From Lingula anatina (lineage: Eukaryota; Animalia; Brachiopoda), in the NCBI GenBank assembly GCA_051362555.1, contig CM120644.1, forward strand, positions 6,332,954-6,396,953: DNA of 64,000 nucleotides, in the 5' to 3' direction. Numbering within the stretch: the first letter of the stretch is position 1; every line of letters begins with the position of its first letter. Below the pieces are notes generated by a model, which saw only the letters and a program-made list of their open reading frames with translations, was not told where the DNA came from and did no database searches. Position numbers and translations under genes: made by a program. Shown here in pieces: positions 27,266-42,237 of the stretch.

Positions 27266-29277
27266 CGCGCGTCCATGCGTGAGGGTATGCAGTGCTTGTG
27301 TACGTACGTGTCCTATGCATATGTCCAGGAGCATATGGCTCCACTCTCATTTTACCCATTATTATTCCAATGGGAAATGGCATGTTTACTTTAAGAATTC
27401 TAGTAAACCACGTGCCTTGCAAAAATAAATTATTTAAGGCGTCCTCATCTCTTATCACAATACATGCAGATTAAAGACAATTAATCCCTCAAAATGGAAA
27501 TTGGCACATGGATTTCACCTATTGCATTTAACCAGGCACCTTACAAACGGCTGCTTTTGTCACCCTCGTCTTTTGTCAGATCAGCTCAAAAACCCAACAA
27601 TCTCTCCAATACAAAACACTATCAATCGATTGCTTTGGCAGAATTCTCGATGTAAAAAAGACCTTTATTCATCCCGGAAGTTTAATTTATTTATGTGAAC
27701 CAAATTGCTCCTTGCTCCTATTCTTATCTTCTGTAATTTCATTTATTGAATAAGCTTTTTATCAGAGTTGATGTGGATCGGATAGTCAAACAAACCTTGT
27801 CTTTGTATTTTATAGAACAAAGTTCCAGGGGGGGGGGGGGTAACAAAAAATTTTAAAAAATGACAATTGTTATCCTCTATACCACAAAGAGGGACTCCCG
27901 GCAAATCGTGGCGACCTAGCACCGTTTGTCCACAGTTTATCATTAATGATGATGCAAAATAACAAAACCGTTTATAAAGCCGCCTAGGCTTCACTTTGGC
28001 GGATATCTGCTGCCGTCTGTGTTTTTATTTATAAATAAACAATCACATCCCTGGCATAGGGGGTACATGTGCACATTGGAACATTGTGTCCGACATAAAG
28101 ACTCTATCCAAACCTGTCATGCATAACGTTTACGTAACTGATTATAATATTACATGAATAAATTAAGGTTAATTGTGACGCGAACGTGACTTTGCTGCTA
28201 AATAACTCAATGAAAGGTAATTCGGTCTAATTTAAAGGCATCAACATATTAGAGGTTTGCAGTCACAGGTGCATGTACAAGTCATAAATCCTGTAGATTT
28301 GGATGCATGGGCAGCGAGCTTATATTTGAACGCTATTGAATACTGCTTTCTCGCTTTGTCTGTGGAGAAAAAGCCGATAGACAAAATTCTAAGAGAACAG
28401 ACCTCCACCAAGGAAGAAAAAAATCTAAAACGTTAGGACACTCGGATCAGTTGACATTGTAATCACTTTTTTTCTCTCTCGAATTACTGTCTATCCTGAA
28501 TATCTGACCAAAATTTGTGGGAACCTATTGAGATAGGTCGTTTGCTAACTTATGGGGGAGGGGGGGGGGGGCACCAACACCAATGAAAAAACAGCAGACC
28601 AAGGAAACAAGAAAAAAAGAACTTCGTTTCACAATATTTTTTTCTTTGATTCCTAGTATTAATGCACAAAAATTTCATTTTGAAACAAGAATTTATTGTA
28701 AATATTGTATTATATTTTTTATAATGTATTATGTAAAATATTTTTCAATCCACCATTCCTTGCCTTGAATAGTCGAAGCAATTGCAGATCTCTCACCAGA
28801 GAAGTTCTTAAAATGATACAAAATTATAATATTTTAAGTTCAAATTTCATATTTTAAATTGAAACTTGGGCACTATCAGATAGAACACTATTTTCCACAA
28901 GGCAAGTCACATGCACTTCGACAGTATTTACTAGTACTAGTGCATAATCAAAGTCATCTAGTCAAAAAAAGAATCCAGACTTCCCCATGTATTCCACACC
29001 AATCGTCAGTTTTAACTGTAACTTTTACTCTATCCACACTCCTTCAGAGTTTTTGTGAAGTGGTTTTACCTTTAAGGGAGCATTCAGATGTATGTACTGT
29101 TTACATGTTTTATTTTTGCAAACATCATCAGAAACAGTACATTTAGAAATAATTAAGACTGGCGTGTCAGTTATTCTGATGGATGTGTGTGTCACGGAAA
29201 AACAATAAGATAACAGCCATGACAAATCTTTCAAGCTCTTCACTGAAGTAAAGTCACCGCTAATCTTCCTGCTAGTA

Positions 29278-32200
29278 TCATTTGAATCTGGCTTTCCTTT
29301 TTGTTGTCTTTGCACGCTGAGCCTTAACTGGAAAGTTAAAAAAACGGCAATGAAGAATATTTTCACTTATTGTAGCACTTGTAAAGCAATGAAATATCTA
29401 AAGAACAACACAATTGAAAATAATGCCATGCTAAAATAAGGCTATCACAAATCACTGTCAAGAATACGTCCATTCTAAAATGTTTCACTCTGGCTTGAGA
29501 ATCACAAAGTATTTGAGTATTGTTTTGGCAATGCATCAAACATACTCAAACCAATAAATACTGTATTGATTTAAACAGAATAAATGCTTTATATGTCAGC
29601 CTACTCAGGTAAATTAAGTACGTTTAAGCCATATCCAGGCCAGCAAGTGAACAGAGACAACCTCATAACAACTGAAAGTCAGTCCAGTAATGGTCTTACT
29701 CATGTAAGATTGTGATCTGAAATTGCAATTTAAAACCAAAACAGTATCCGTTTAGTACCTGATTCCCTGTGTATTCTGCCTCCGTACAGGAGTGCCTGCT
29801 TGAACTCTGCGGCTGTCTGGGTTTTGTTACTGAGCGACTTCAGATCATGCTTTAACGACAACACTTCAAAGTTGGCACTGGAAGAAAAAATTAAGACAAC
29901 ACTTTAAGGACAACACTTCAAAGTTGGCATCGGAAGGAAAAAATTGACAACTAACTGTCTGTTAAATAAATACTGATTCTTTGTATTACTTTAACCAAAT
30001 GGGATTTTACTGTGATACGAAAACTAAGATGTGGTGAGAGAACTGAATGCAAGCTCACTGCACAGTGATAAGTGTGGCTTGCTTAAAACAAAGTTCACTC
30101 ATTGCTCCAGGTGTAGCCTGCTGAAAGCAAATCCACTGTTCTGGGTGTAGCCTGCTCAATATAACTAAGAATAGCCTGCTAAACACAAACTCATTGTGCA
30201 AGCTGATGCTTTGAAATGTACACTCACCGTGCTACATGAAAGTATTTTGTGCTAAGGGTAACAACTGACAATACTCATTGTGTTAGGTGAGACATTGTCT
30301 TGAGTCTGATATGGGTAACAGATATGTTTAATATTGCCAAACTTTTACCTGCTGAAATTGAGAGGGACGTAACCCTGCTCCTCAACTTCATCATCTTTTT
30401 CTTCCCCTGTAAAAATATTACAGCAAAAGTTCAATTTTCCCAATCTTTCCCTCATAGAACATTGTTAATGATAACTATGAAATTTTCAGACAGTTTTTTT
30501 ATGCATCTCCTAAAGCATTGGTAAAATGTCTTTCATTTAAATAACCTTTGTCTTGATTTTTTTCCTCAATGTATATAAGTTACCTTGCCGATGTCTTTTT
30601 TTACCTGACAGTCGTTCTTTCTCCTCTACCTCTTGACCTTCTGTCATTCCGTCTTTCCTCCTTTTTATCACAGGTCCTTTTGACAAACTTTGTAGCAGGT
30701 TATCTGGAAGTCGCTTTTGGGACAAGGCATCCAGCTTCTGTTTCTGCAAATGATACAAATAAAAATAGTATAACTGTCAATCAGGATTCTCTGAAGTCAC
30801 AGAGTTTAGTTTCTAAATATGGTAATTAACTTAAAAAGAAAATTATATAATGTGAACACCCATAAGGTGTTTCTGAATTTGAGAGTAATCAATGTGGCTG
30901 GTGAGGACCAGTAAAATATGTACTGTGTTAGGAAAATTTATTTTTATTGTTTGGCTGGTCTTTATTTTTGGCATCAAAACCTTGTCTACAATTCACAGAG
31001 CAGTCAATATGTGCATTCACTTTACACTTCACAAATTTATTTTTCAAGCATTGTATGTGTATTGATTCCGCTATTCATAAAGGATGCTCAATCTATCTGG
31101 CAGAACAACAGACTTTAGAACAGGAAGAAAACAGACCGGTTACAGACAACTCAATTACCTTCTGAAGCATATGCATTTCCTGTTGCTTTCTTCTCTTTTC
31201 TTTTAATTTCACCCTCTCTCCTTCCATCTGTTTCAAGGTATCCTTGACTTTGGTGAGAGCTGCAGTTCTCCCTGCGCTGAACGAGATGTCCTCAGGTTCC
31301 GCGTCTGAGTCACTCTCAACCAGTAAATCTTCATCTTCACTTCTTACTGAGAAAAGTCACATATCAGAAAAAAAGAGTTTATAAGCAAGTTATTTATAAG
31401 TTGTAAGTGCACCTCTGATCTGCTGAGTGCCTTGAAAAACACAGACACATTTGGTACATTTGGCCAATTTTTATAAAGTGTCAAAATAATTGCGCTCAGA
31501 TTTGTAGCTATCTATGTATTAAATTCCATGTGTAGGTTAATAACGTAAAATGACATAAAGGTTAATAAATATCAGCAATATATGACAGGGGTCAAAACAG
31601 AATTTGGGCAGGACTGGCCAATACGGACCAGTGGACCTTAGAGGTACTGGTCCGTACCAAGAAGTACTGGTCCGTAAAATTTTACGTTAAAAATTAGTAG
31701 TTTCAAGCTACTAGATATAACGTAAATGCATACATGTTTAACATCCATTTTTATTTCTATATGATTATCTAAACACATTCATATTCTAGTCCGTTCCTTT
31801 AACTGTTTGTACACATCCTCCTCTGCTAGCTCATCATTATCATAATATATAAAAAATAAAATGGATATATAAAAAATTATTATGAAATAAATATAACTTC
31901 TACATATATCCATATTTTAATCTTAAAAATTAAATTTAATTTTAATTGCTAGGGTTGAACGCGAAACGAAAAAACTTCTCTCAAAATTTACTAGCCCGAA
32001 CCAAAAAACACTAGCCCAATTTAAATAATTCATTTAAAAAGTTTAAGCAGATGCTGTAAAGAGTTGTGGTACCATACTGTACTTTCTTATAAACCTTATT
32101 ATAGAAGTAGAGCAAGTGAATAACAAAGTCAATCAGGTTAATTTCCAGTTGATGGGGTGGTAAAATTAATTAAAAACATATTTAATTCTTTTAATATTGA

Positions 32201-33470
32201 AAAAATTATTTTTTTAAATTTGTAATACTGAATATAGTTACCCTTACTTTTCATATTTTTATTTATATTATATCTTTTTTTTCCATTTTTTATATGCAAT
32301 CAAAATCTTTTTTTAATTCCTCTTCTTTTTATTGACAATGGCTCTTTTCTGACAATTTATTTCCAATTACATTGGTATATAATGCCACTTCTAATTTAAA
32401 ATACATAGGTGCTGTAAGGGTAATTAAACAAACGTCTTACAATTTTTTTGGTAATAATTCTTTTGGTTATATATTTGTAAAAACAACTTTTCAAGGACTT
32501 TACCAGGACAAAGTGTGGAGGGGTAGCCATGGCATAAACTGAACTATCCCACATTGTCAAGAATAGTTCATAGGGTATTTATGTAACTGCCATGTATTTA
32601 CTCATGGACATTAAAATTATAAATGAAAAATATGAACAAAAAAGGAAATAGAATACTCCACCCCTCAGTCTGCTAAGTGGTCCTAACCTAAATGTTCTAT
32701 GAGATAACGCATACATTACACTTGCTTCGGAGACGTGTTGTTTTGACAAAGAACCTGTTGCTAGTACCAAAGAATTCCGGTCTGATCCAGTTTCTTGATT
32801 GACAGCAATTTGTAGTCATGACAACAAACTGGTCAAATAAAAAGATGCCGACACGCTGATCAGACAGACTGCTACTATAAATAACTACAGTGAAGTTATT
32901 TATAGCAACTAATCAATATTCAGTAGTTTGAGCTAGGTGTGAGTTTTTTCAACTGAGAGGCATATCATACTATCTAGAAACGTCAAATTAGAGGCAGGGA
33001 CAAAGAATACTGGCGACTCATATTTTTGAAATCTTACTGAGTGTTAAAATAGGTTCAAAATTACAGCTAGTGCTTTATAAAATTTCATCTTTTTTACTAG
33101 CCCGGTGCCACTTTAGGTGGGCAATTGCCTCGGGCTAGTGCTTAACGTCGCAGACTGTGGGTTTGGCAACGATGTTTGGCACTTTTCAGCGGTCGCCAAA
33201 ACGGACCAGTACCCCTGACAAGTAGTCGCCCGGGACGTTTCTAAGTCGCATTGGCGAGTGGGCGACCGTCTGTTTCGACCCCTGTATATGCAGTATGATG
33301 GGCATTTACGATAACAGATCAGCCCCCGATTGTACCTGTGTAACTTGTAAGCAACCCGTAAGTCGAAACAATATTAAACGTTTACCTTCTTCTTTCTCGC
33401 TTTCCAGATCACTTCTCTCTTCTTCAGCATCACTGTCTTCGTCGGAATCGAACTTTTTGTGTTTAGGCAT
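29278..33470 (-). CDS. NOL7: Nucleolar protein 7 (NOL7 / NUC129 family), 219 aa
   Basis: Six phase-compatible GT-AG exons: 33470-33386, 31346-31159, 30743-30584, 30406-30349, 29877-29759, 29327-29278 (660 nt). Acidic N-terminus, then EPEDISFSAG..LKEKRRKQQEMHMLQK/KQK..RLPDNLLQSL..AAEFKQALLYGGRIHRES, collinear with vertebrate NOL7 motifs as recalled ([41 protein letters not shown]). Confidence 0.85.
31586..33284. mobile_element. Non-autonomous hAT-like element filling most of NOL7 intron 1
   Basis: TIRs CAGGGGTCAAAACAGA / TCTGTTTCGACCCCTG; degenerate TSD TATATGA versus TATATGCA; repeated subterminal GGACCAGT and ACTAGCCC motifs; no transposase seen. Confidence 0.75.
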
Positions 33471-34012
33471 TTTTGTTTGTGAATAATTGCACTTTTATTT
33501 ATCCAAATCCTAGACACATGCTAAATAACGTGGTGTCGATATAATGTGTGATATCTTACATCGATATAACACAAATAGCTTTATCAAGACAATCCACGTC
33601 CGAGTACTCCAAAGTGTTGCGGAGTTGAAAGGTAGCACCCAGCAGTGCAGCACTGGTTGTCGGAAGCGGGTAAAAACTCGAGTGTCCTCTGGGGATTTAT
33701 TTTGTATTATTAAATTGTTACATTCAGTTAAAGCAGTACAAGTAATTTATATGTAAAGGCAATTTATATGTATTAAAATATAAAAGCACGTAGCCTCCCA
33801 TTTTGAAAACTATCATTTTTGTAGAAATAAATGATTGTCACATTTGTGTTCAGCATCAGAATTCACCTCAATAAAATTTTTGAGAGAAATTTTAAGATCT
33901 ACCCTATCCTAGTTACAGCACTCTCATGGAAATCTTAGTGAATTAAGTCGGAGCTCCGATTAAAGGCTTATTTCTGAAACCGGGGCCTGGAATCATACCG
34001 CATGGGGATATA

Positions 34013-35675
34013 CAGACTTGACATTTAATATGGAATATTTCAGTTTCGAAGGTATACCAAGGTAAAAATACGTTCTTTTTTAAAAAAAAATCCGATCTCA
34101 AATAAGATTTGTGAATGTAAAAGTGTGCAGTCAGGTGTGTCACTACCAATTAACTGACTTTCATGCCTGTTGCGCTGCTACATTATGTAATGTGCAGTGA
34201 TTTAATTGGGTAGTGTTCCTTTGGGCTGATCAAAGCTTGGCTTAGGCAAAGCTTGGTTTTGTCAAAAAAGTATCCATATTTCGGCAACTACTGCATAGAA
34301 AAATTTGAAATTTTGCATGCAAGCGGTCAGTTTTGCAGTGCGTAAGATAAGTCAAATAGTGCATTACAAATTTGTTAATCTAAGGCAGAATGGCGCGAAA
34401 AAGACAGACATAACCAGACAGATCATAGCGCCAAACGGAACGGTCCCCACAGTTTTATAGAGTAATGCCCAGACTGATGTACCTACACAGAGGTCACCCC
34501 CAATGTATCACAATTTTACCTACAGGGTACAGGACCCACTGTCTTTCGGGATACGCTGCTGCAACTAAACAAAAAACACTTAGTCCGATCATAACGAGGG
34601 GTAAATTGCCACTAAAATGCGTTTTTTAAAGCCCTTAGCGAACACCAAACTGGTTTTAGCAGGTAAGAACACCAAATGACCTCCGAGGTACCCACTGTAT
34701 ACAGCAAAACATCGTCGTCTGTTTCTCTAATGAATTGGGGGCCATGAACGATTCTGGGTAGAACAATGAAACTGCGTGGCTTTCTTTATTGAGGTCAGAT
34801 TTCACCTGTACCGCCCAATTAGTCAAAACAGAGTTTTCAGATATCCAGAAGAGGCCTACGACGAAGCATATGCCGGGTCTAAAGTGACAAGGGTGACTGA
34901 CAGCGCCAGTATTTGGAGTAGATTCCACATTGGTGCCAAAACACCAATGGTAGTCATCGACGAAAACCTGAACCAGATCAAATAAAGGAATAATCTCGGA
35001 ACCACTTGTCTATCATTTGATAGGGGGCACCTTAGGAACAATTCTAAGTTGCACGATGAGGTTGCAGGTTCACACAGAGCACTTTTAATAGCAGATAACT
35101 TACAGAACCAAGGGAATGAGCAGCTACCCTGGTCATCAAAATCGCCACATTTGAACCACATACACAATGTTTCGGTAGACCATTACTCACCAATCAACTG
35201 CCTACATGTCCTACAACAAAACTGGACCAGATTGGACAATTTTAGACCGTTGCCTGGAATGCTATTCCAGATTGAACTCTAAAAACCTACCCCCAAGAAA
35301 TGCCTTGCCGCTTGAGAGCGCTGGCAACAGCCACGTAGAGGCCAGGCGTTACAACGACCATTACTGTGACTAGCAACTGACATAAGGGTCTTTTGTGGAG
35401 CGTATTACCCTTTTACAGACGATAATTTGTAAAATATGGAGATCCAAAATATCTCTTTTAATGGTTGTCGTATGACATAGACTAAGCAATGTGTTTTTGT
35501 TTGCTTCTCTGGCGAATTCCATTAATAAACTGATGTCACAATGACATCAAAGAGATAATTTAAAGTTATTAAAACACGATTTTAATCCTTATTTTCATTT
35601 ATCAGTCAGAAAAATAGGAAAAAACTGATAAAAAATTATTTTGAAAAAAATATTCCGTATTAAATGTCAAGTCTG
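34013..35675 (+). mobile_element. Defective Tc1-family DNA transposon, copy 1
   Basis: TIR CAGACTTGACATTTAATATGGAATATTT with matching inverted right end, TA on both sides. Decayed DDE-domain peptides KTPMVVIDENLN and QLPWSSKSPHLNHIHNV (Tc1 WPxxSPDLNPIE motif). Confidence 0.88.
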
Positions 35676-36364
35676 TACATGTACAAGTAACTACAACTCA
35701 TCACATAACATATTGCCCTTCCATATAGAAAGGGCGACAAAAATTTCTTACTTTAAAATTCGATAAGGCGGCATGCTAGCTTTAAATTATTTGAATGCAT
35801 GTATCATTTCCAAAACAACGCTCTAATAAATATGCATAAAATAAGATAGGCCCTATGTATTAGGGACAAATATTGTGTTGACAATCAATTTTGCTCAAAG
35901 CCATTACGAACTAGAAAAACACTTTTATTAAGGAATTTTGATTATTGATTTATTTATAAAAACTTGTTCTGATGTCACTAAAAAGTGTTTTTGTACTATG
36001 ACTTATTACGTTATATTTGGTTACCGTTCACAACATACATGTATATGTTGAGTCTACTATGAAAAAAAAAAAAAAAAAAGAAAGTAAAAGTACAATAGAA
36101 GTTAGAAATCATGTAGGATGGAGATTCTTATTTAAAACCAAATTTGAGATTTATGTGAAGACATATACAGATGATACATCATTAATATTTTGTACATTTG
36201 CCTGAGGTTTATTACTTAAAAATAATTATTAGTCACCATTAGGTAATTCGCGCGTTACAATTAATCCACTATATCGGCAAGAACAATTTATTTATTTATT
36301 TATTTATTTACAAACCCCGTGGACAACAAAAGACAAGCACATTGTAACGGTACGTTATTGAATC

Positions 36365-36534
36365 AACGTCATGACGTAAGTAGCGTTAAACGTCACAGAT
36401 AAAACTGTCCAATCAGCAAAGACCGCACTACAACGTAGCAATTCGGTCGATTAGACACGACAGTCGCATAGATTGAAACTTATTTCTGATAATTGTTTTT
36501 CGTACAATCATTATTTTCATTTGAAGAAAGGACA
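36365..36534 (+). promoter_or_regulatory. Probable promoter/5' UTR of the orphan gene (ACGTCA/TGACGT CRE-like sites, CCAAT box)
   Basis: ACGTCATGACGT at about 36366-36377, ACGTCA at about 36390, CCAATCAG at about 36409; partly conserved at the head of all four units, just before exon 1. Confidence 0.45.
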
Positions 36535-38277
36535 ATGCCAAGACGCTCGCGCAATGCAAATGTAAGCATTTGTTAAATGCATTTTTATCCGGGTATCTAA
36601 AAATAGTTGATCAAATTACGATGCTATTTTTATGAGTTTGGGGTACACTTCTTGCATTTGCAAGAAATGATTTAAGATAAGCTAAATGAAGTGTTGAAAA
36701 TTGATGTCATTAAAAAAAGCAATACAATAAATGAGGATGCATCGACTTATCAGTACGGGATTCCCCTAAATATTTTTTTTCTAAATACAGGGTCGTGTAC
36801 CTCCCTGGAGGGACATGAATCGGTCTGTGTTAAGTCGGTGGTGGGCGTGGCTCAATGCCATCCATGTGACCTGGCTGCTCTGTAGAGGTGAAGACAGCGT
36901 CCAGGTGGAAGACCAGAGAGGTATGGAATTTTTTTTAATAGATATCGTGGCAAACAATACCATTATCTTGCTAACAATGATCTACATGTATTTCTGTATT
37001 CGAGCAATCAAGGTGAAAATTAATGTTACATCAACCGTTACATGCACAGAGTAGGGGTTGCAATATGTTTTATTACGCCAGGTGAAATCTTCAGCCAATC
37101 TTAACGTCCGTTATACATTGATCTCATCGTTATACATTGATTTCATTGAAATTCCCAGGAAATGCTGAGGAAAGCAGGGAAATTGATTCGTCCAATGCAG
37201 AGACGATCGCCACAGTGCCAAATGGTGTGGATTGTATTGTGCGTGCAGCCACCAACAATCAAAACAATGGTATGGAAGCATTTGTAAATGTTTGTTTGTT
37301 GGACTTATGTACAGACTTTACATTTAATATGGAATATTTCCGTTTCGAAGGTATGCCTAGGTAAAAATGCATTCTTTTTTCAAAAAAACCTCTGATCTCA
37401 TATAAGATATGTGAATGGAGAAGTGTGTAGTCAGGTGTGTCGCTTCCAATTAACTGAATACCAGGTTTGTTGCGCTGCTGCATTATGTAATATGCAGTGA
37501 TTTAATCGGGTAGTGCTCATTTGGGCAGGCAAAAGCTTGGCTTTGCAAAGCATGGTTCTGTCAAAAAAGTATCCATATGTCGGCAACTACTGCATAGAAG
37601 AATTTGAAATTTTGCATGCAAGTGGTCGGTTTTGCAAGGTGTAAAATGAGCTATGCAGTGCTCTGCAAATGTGTTAATCTGTGGCAGAATGGCGCCAAAA
37701 AGTCAGACATTGCCAGACAGATAATTGCGCTAAACGAAACGGTCCGCACAGTTTTATAGAGTAATGCGCAGACTGATGTACCTACACAGAGGCCACACCC
37801 AATGTATTGAAATCTTACCACCAGGGCACAGGACCCACTGTCTTTCGGGATATGCTGTTGCAACTAAACAAAAACCACCCAGTCCGTTCAGAATGAGGGG
37901 TAAATTGCCACCAAAACGCATTTTTCAAGGCCCTTAGCGAACACCAAGCTGGTTATAGCTGGTTAGAATACCAGACGACCTCAGGGGAACCCACTGTAAA
38001 CAGCAAAACATCGTTGTATGTTTCTCTAATGAATTGGGGACCTTGACCGTTTCTGAGTTGAACACTGAAACCTCGTGGCTTTCTTTATTCACCGTTCCGA
38101 GATGAGTGATTGACAGCATTGTTTTAACCAATAGAACCGTATAATTAATGTCACGTGATACGCATGTGTAAACAGCCGCCATCTTACCGGACAAACAATC
38201 ATCTGTCCGGTGTATCAGATTACGCTGAAGATTTTTGCATTTTTTGTCACTTAAGAATACGTTTCTCCGACAAAGTC

Positions 38278-40625
38278 ATGCCAGTAAAACACTGTTGTTA
38301 TGGGTGTTGCAAATCTGATTCTCGTTATCCGGAACGAATGGAAGGGGTGTATTTCATTGCTTTTCCGAAGCCAAAAACACAGCTGGAGAAGTGTCTAACC
38401 TGGATTCGTGCATGCAGCCGTCACACAACTCAGCGTTAAGAATGTTACAAAAGACACTTATATATGTTCAAAGGTGAGTTAAAGCTCTTATTTATGCAGT
38501 GCAGACATTTACTTATTCAGTTTATTGCAAAAACAATTTATTTACAGTAAACGGTATACAAAACGTGAAGATGGCGCCGAATATTAATATGGCGACAGAC
38601 TTTGTAAGTTTGTAATGCAGGACAGGGAATGTAACAGCCACGCATCGTAAAATTGTGTATTTTCCCTGGTTACTGGGGCTTTTTCTGGTTAAACCACCGG
38701 TGTTATGAAGATATGTTTGATGTTTATGCCTTTAAACTATAAACCTTTATTATAGAAACTATACATTTTTTCATTCATGACATGTAGCATTTCAAAAGTG
38801 CCAGTGGCCCAACATCAGATTATCCTGATCCTGTTCCCTTTGACAGCAGTGTCTTCAGAAAAGCAAGGAAAAGACTATAGCAGACGGTTGAAAGGTAATA
38901 TTATTATACTACACATCAAAACATCTGAGAACATGTAAATTAGGCATAATTTTCAATTACTCATTTCTTGGAAAAAAAATGATTGAGAAATATGTACACA
39001 ACAGAATGTGCTTTGTTCAAACTAATACCCCCGTCACACTTATTTGCAATCAGCAGGAAACAAGCAGAACCAACCGGAATGAATGAAATTTAAAATTCGT
39101 ACACCATTCGGGAGGGAATTTCAAATTCTTACAGCTTTGTGAGAATGTCGCTTGAATACTCGGAATGAACATCAAATGATTCTTGCACATTCCAGATAAA
39201 GGACCCGTCACACTAGAGACGGAATGAGCAAGAATGCTGTTGGAAATACAATCCTTTGTACATTCCTGGATATTAGAATAGCTGACCCTAATGTTTTGCT
39301 CATGCTCAAAACTTTTGAAATACATTCAGTGGGAAATTTATTTGGTTCTGGTGTACAAGTGATCACAAAATTTATGGATAATGTTCCATGACGTAAAGAA
39401 AGTTTTAAAAAATTGGACTTGTGGCCTCAATTCAATTATTTCATTCAACTGTGAAGCATATTCTTGATTTAATGTCCCCATTATGCCTATTTCAGCTTTA
39501 TACATAACAAAAATTTCATAGATTATAATTTTTTTTCGTTCAAATAATTTTTTGTTCTTGCAGTGATGAGAATAATTCGCATGCATCGGACTCAACTGTT
39601 GAAACAGAAACTGGTACAGGCACTCAGACAGAAGAACAGTGTAAGTTTATTTCAAGTTTAAAGTATTAGACAAAAATGGTTTTGCAAAGTCTTTGGAAAA
39701 TCTGGATAGTTTTTATAGAAGTTCCGTCATGTAAGCTTGATCTGGCATAATCCTCTGAATTGTGTAAATACAATAAATTCACAGAAGTCGCATCCTGTTA
39801 TCATGAGCTGTCCTTGAATTTGAGCGTAATAGCCATGGGTTGTTTTTAATCTTATTTCCCCATTATTGTTTTCAAGACAAAAATTGGCAATGTCTTCACA
39901 TGCTGCCGTGCTGCATGCTGCTGTGAAGGATCATTTGATTTCTGCAATTCCAGTTTGTCCATTGTCACACAACTTTCTATCTGGAGTTGCCCCAATTCCG
40001 TGGACTGAATCCTCTGTCCTTTTGATGTTTCTTGTCTGAAATAAATCAGTCATAATTAAAAACTAAATGTATATTTAAATAAGAAATCATGTCAGCATAT
40101 ACATTTATTATAATTGTAAATATATACATTTTTTTTTATTGCAGGGGTTTCTCCAATGGACATGTTAGCTATATCTACAGATTAACACGTATTGCGTGGT
40201 GAATTAGACTTGAAAAATAACAAAATCAAGCAATTGGAGTCAATGATCATGAAATTGAAAGACGAAAAAAAAAGCAGCTGAAGGAAAAAATTGAGGATCA
40301 AATGAAATTTGGAATAAACAGCATTTTAGACAAAGAACCGAAGTTAAATATTACACAGGAATTACGGTTGCGGTTTAAAAGCGGTTTAAAAGTTTGTTCA
40401 AATTTTTGATACCAGACAACTATATACTACAGCATGAAAAAGGTCGGAATGATATTAAAATTTTGACACAAGAGGACTGCTTATTTTCAGTGTTGATACA
40501 GTTACGTCACAATTTTGGTTTCAAGGATATTGCCATTAGATTTGGTTTAACTGTTCAGTCCGCTGGACGTATTTTTAATACATGGATAGCCCACGTGCAT
40601 CATAAGTTAGGACAACTGTCAATAT
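38278..40625 (+). pseudogene. ISL2EU transposase remnant (THAP zinc finger, coiled coil, HTH; DDE domain absent)
   Basis: MPVKHCCYGCCKSDSRY..FIAFPKPK..WIRACSR (frameshift) ..DTYICSK/HF..PDPVP in exons at 38278-38473 and from 38788; LTQEDCLFSVLIQLRHNFGFKDIAIRFGLTVQSAGRIFNTWI at about 40460-40590. Confidence 0.8.
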
Positions 40626-41595
40626 GTTGCTTTATAACTTTATTTCAAGTTACTTTTGTCACTGATAAAAGCTCAAATGAAGATGATTGATTATTAAAAA
40701 ATAAATTATAATTGTAGAAATAACTTTTAATTGTACTTACTTAAATGAAAATGTGTATATATAGAAGCGAAAAATGCTTTTATTGTATACAGTGATTTTT
40801 TTACCCCAATTTTGCCACTTTTCTGCCAAAAGCTTAAGCTGATAAGAACTTGTTGTCGAAATGTTATGTGATATCAAGCAGATTTTTACCTGATAAGATA
40901 GATATGAGCCAAGTTGCACTTTTCTTAATGGTATATCTACATCCACTGAAGCAATATAGGCCAATGGGTTCCCTTTCAGGTTTTTGAGGATGTTGATGTC
41001 TTGGTGGTTTATCTTTGGTAATCTGAAGTTCAACAGAATTTTCATATAACTTGAACACCCAGGTTTTGAAATAATACTATTAAATCATCTAGTGTTATTT
41101 GAGTGTTACACAATGTAACACTACACTCGGGTCCAAAACAGAAACTATCCGATGTCAGTACTGTACATAAAAATATTATCTCTGTAGAATTTTATTGCTG
41201 AAAAGTATATAATAAAACCACAGAATGGGCTTTTAAGCATATGAGTAATTTGTTATGATTTATCTAGGGAAAAGCAAAATAAAAGCATTCAGCACATAGT
41301 TGAAAACGGACAATTCTGGTTTCATGAAAATAAGAAATGTCTATATTTTTAAAAAAATTTAGTCAAAACATACTGGGAATAGGGATAAAAAATGCAAGTA
41401 AACAGTCTACTAAAATAGCTCACTGAGATAGCAACCATTTGATTTTCTAGAGGTGGTTTGGAATTCTTGTCTGGTGAAGAAATTTTAAATTATTTTCTTG
41501 ATGCAGTGAGACTAATATTTTTTCTTCAAATTTAAAATTTCATATGGTAAGAATTATTTTTACAAACTGTCAAAATCATCCTTACTCGAATCTAT

Positions 41596-41643
<48 letters not shown>

Positions 41644-42237
41644 AAGAGAACACTCAATACGTTTTCAAGGGTGGTTTTCTAATTATTGTGTGTAAGACAA
41701 CACAGAAATCTAATAATGTACTTGTAATAAACACCATTTGACCAAAAATATATTTATCACATTCTGAGTGACTCAATATCGTGTACAGAATTTTCACTGC
41801 ACAAATGTAAACATGTCCACTGTGGTACTACAGTAGGCTAGATATAAATGATAGATCAAATGAAAGGCGTGAACGGCGTACGCAACAATTGTACCTCTAA
41901 AAGAATCTAATTGTAAGAAAAAAGTAGAAAATGTAAAAACTTACCCGGCTTTACAAGAACAAAATGAATCGGACAACATTTTATCGCCGATTTCGATTTG
42001 GAGTTTGTGCGGTTATTCAGTTTTCCTCATCGAGCGCCAACATTGTGCGTCACCATAAATTGTTCCGTTTCCCTCAGAAATCTTCACATTGTGAATATAA
42101 CCTTGCGTAAAATAGTTCAGTCCTTTTTGAAGAGCCTTTTTTGACACAGATTCACTATTCGGAAGGAAATTAACTGCGATATTTTCTGGTATGTTCTCTA
42201 AGGAATCTGACACGATGTTTGTCTGCTCGGTGGCCAT
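39725..42237 (-). pseudogene. ISL2EU second gene remnant (SWIM zinc finger + YqaJ/lambda-exonuclease-like domain)
   Basis: ATG at 42237; ..CWRSMRKTE*PHKLQIEI..SFCSCKAG (SWIM start, donor near 41944); GSYLSYQ exon near 40890-41060; last exon from 40035: GATPDRKLCDNGQTGIAEIK*SF..LKTTHGYYAQIQGQLMITGCDFCEFIVFT, the PD-(D/E)xK YqaJ motifs. Confidence 0.8.
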
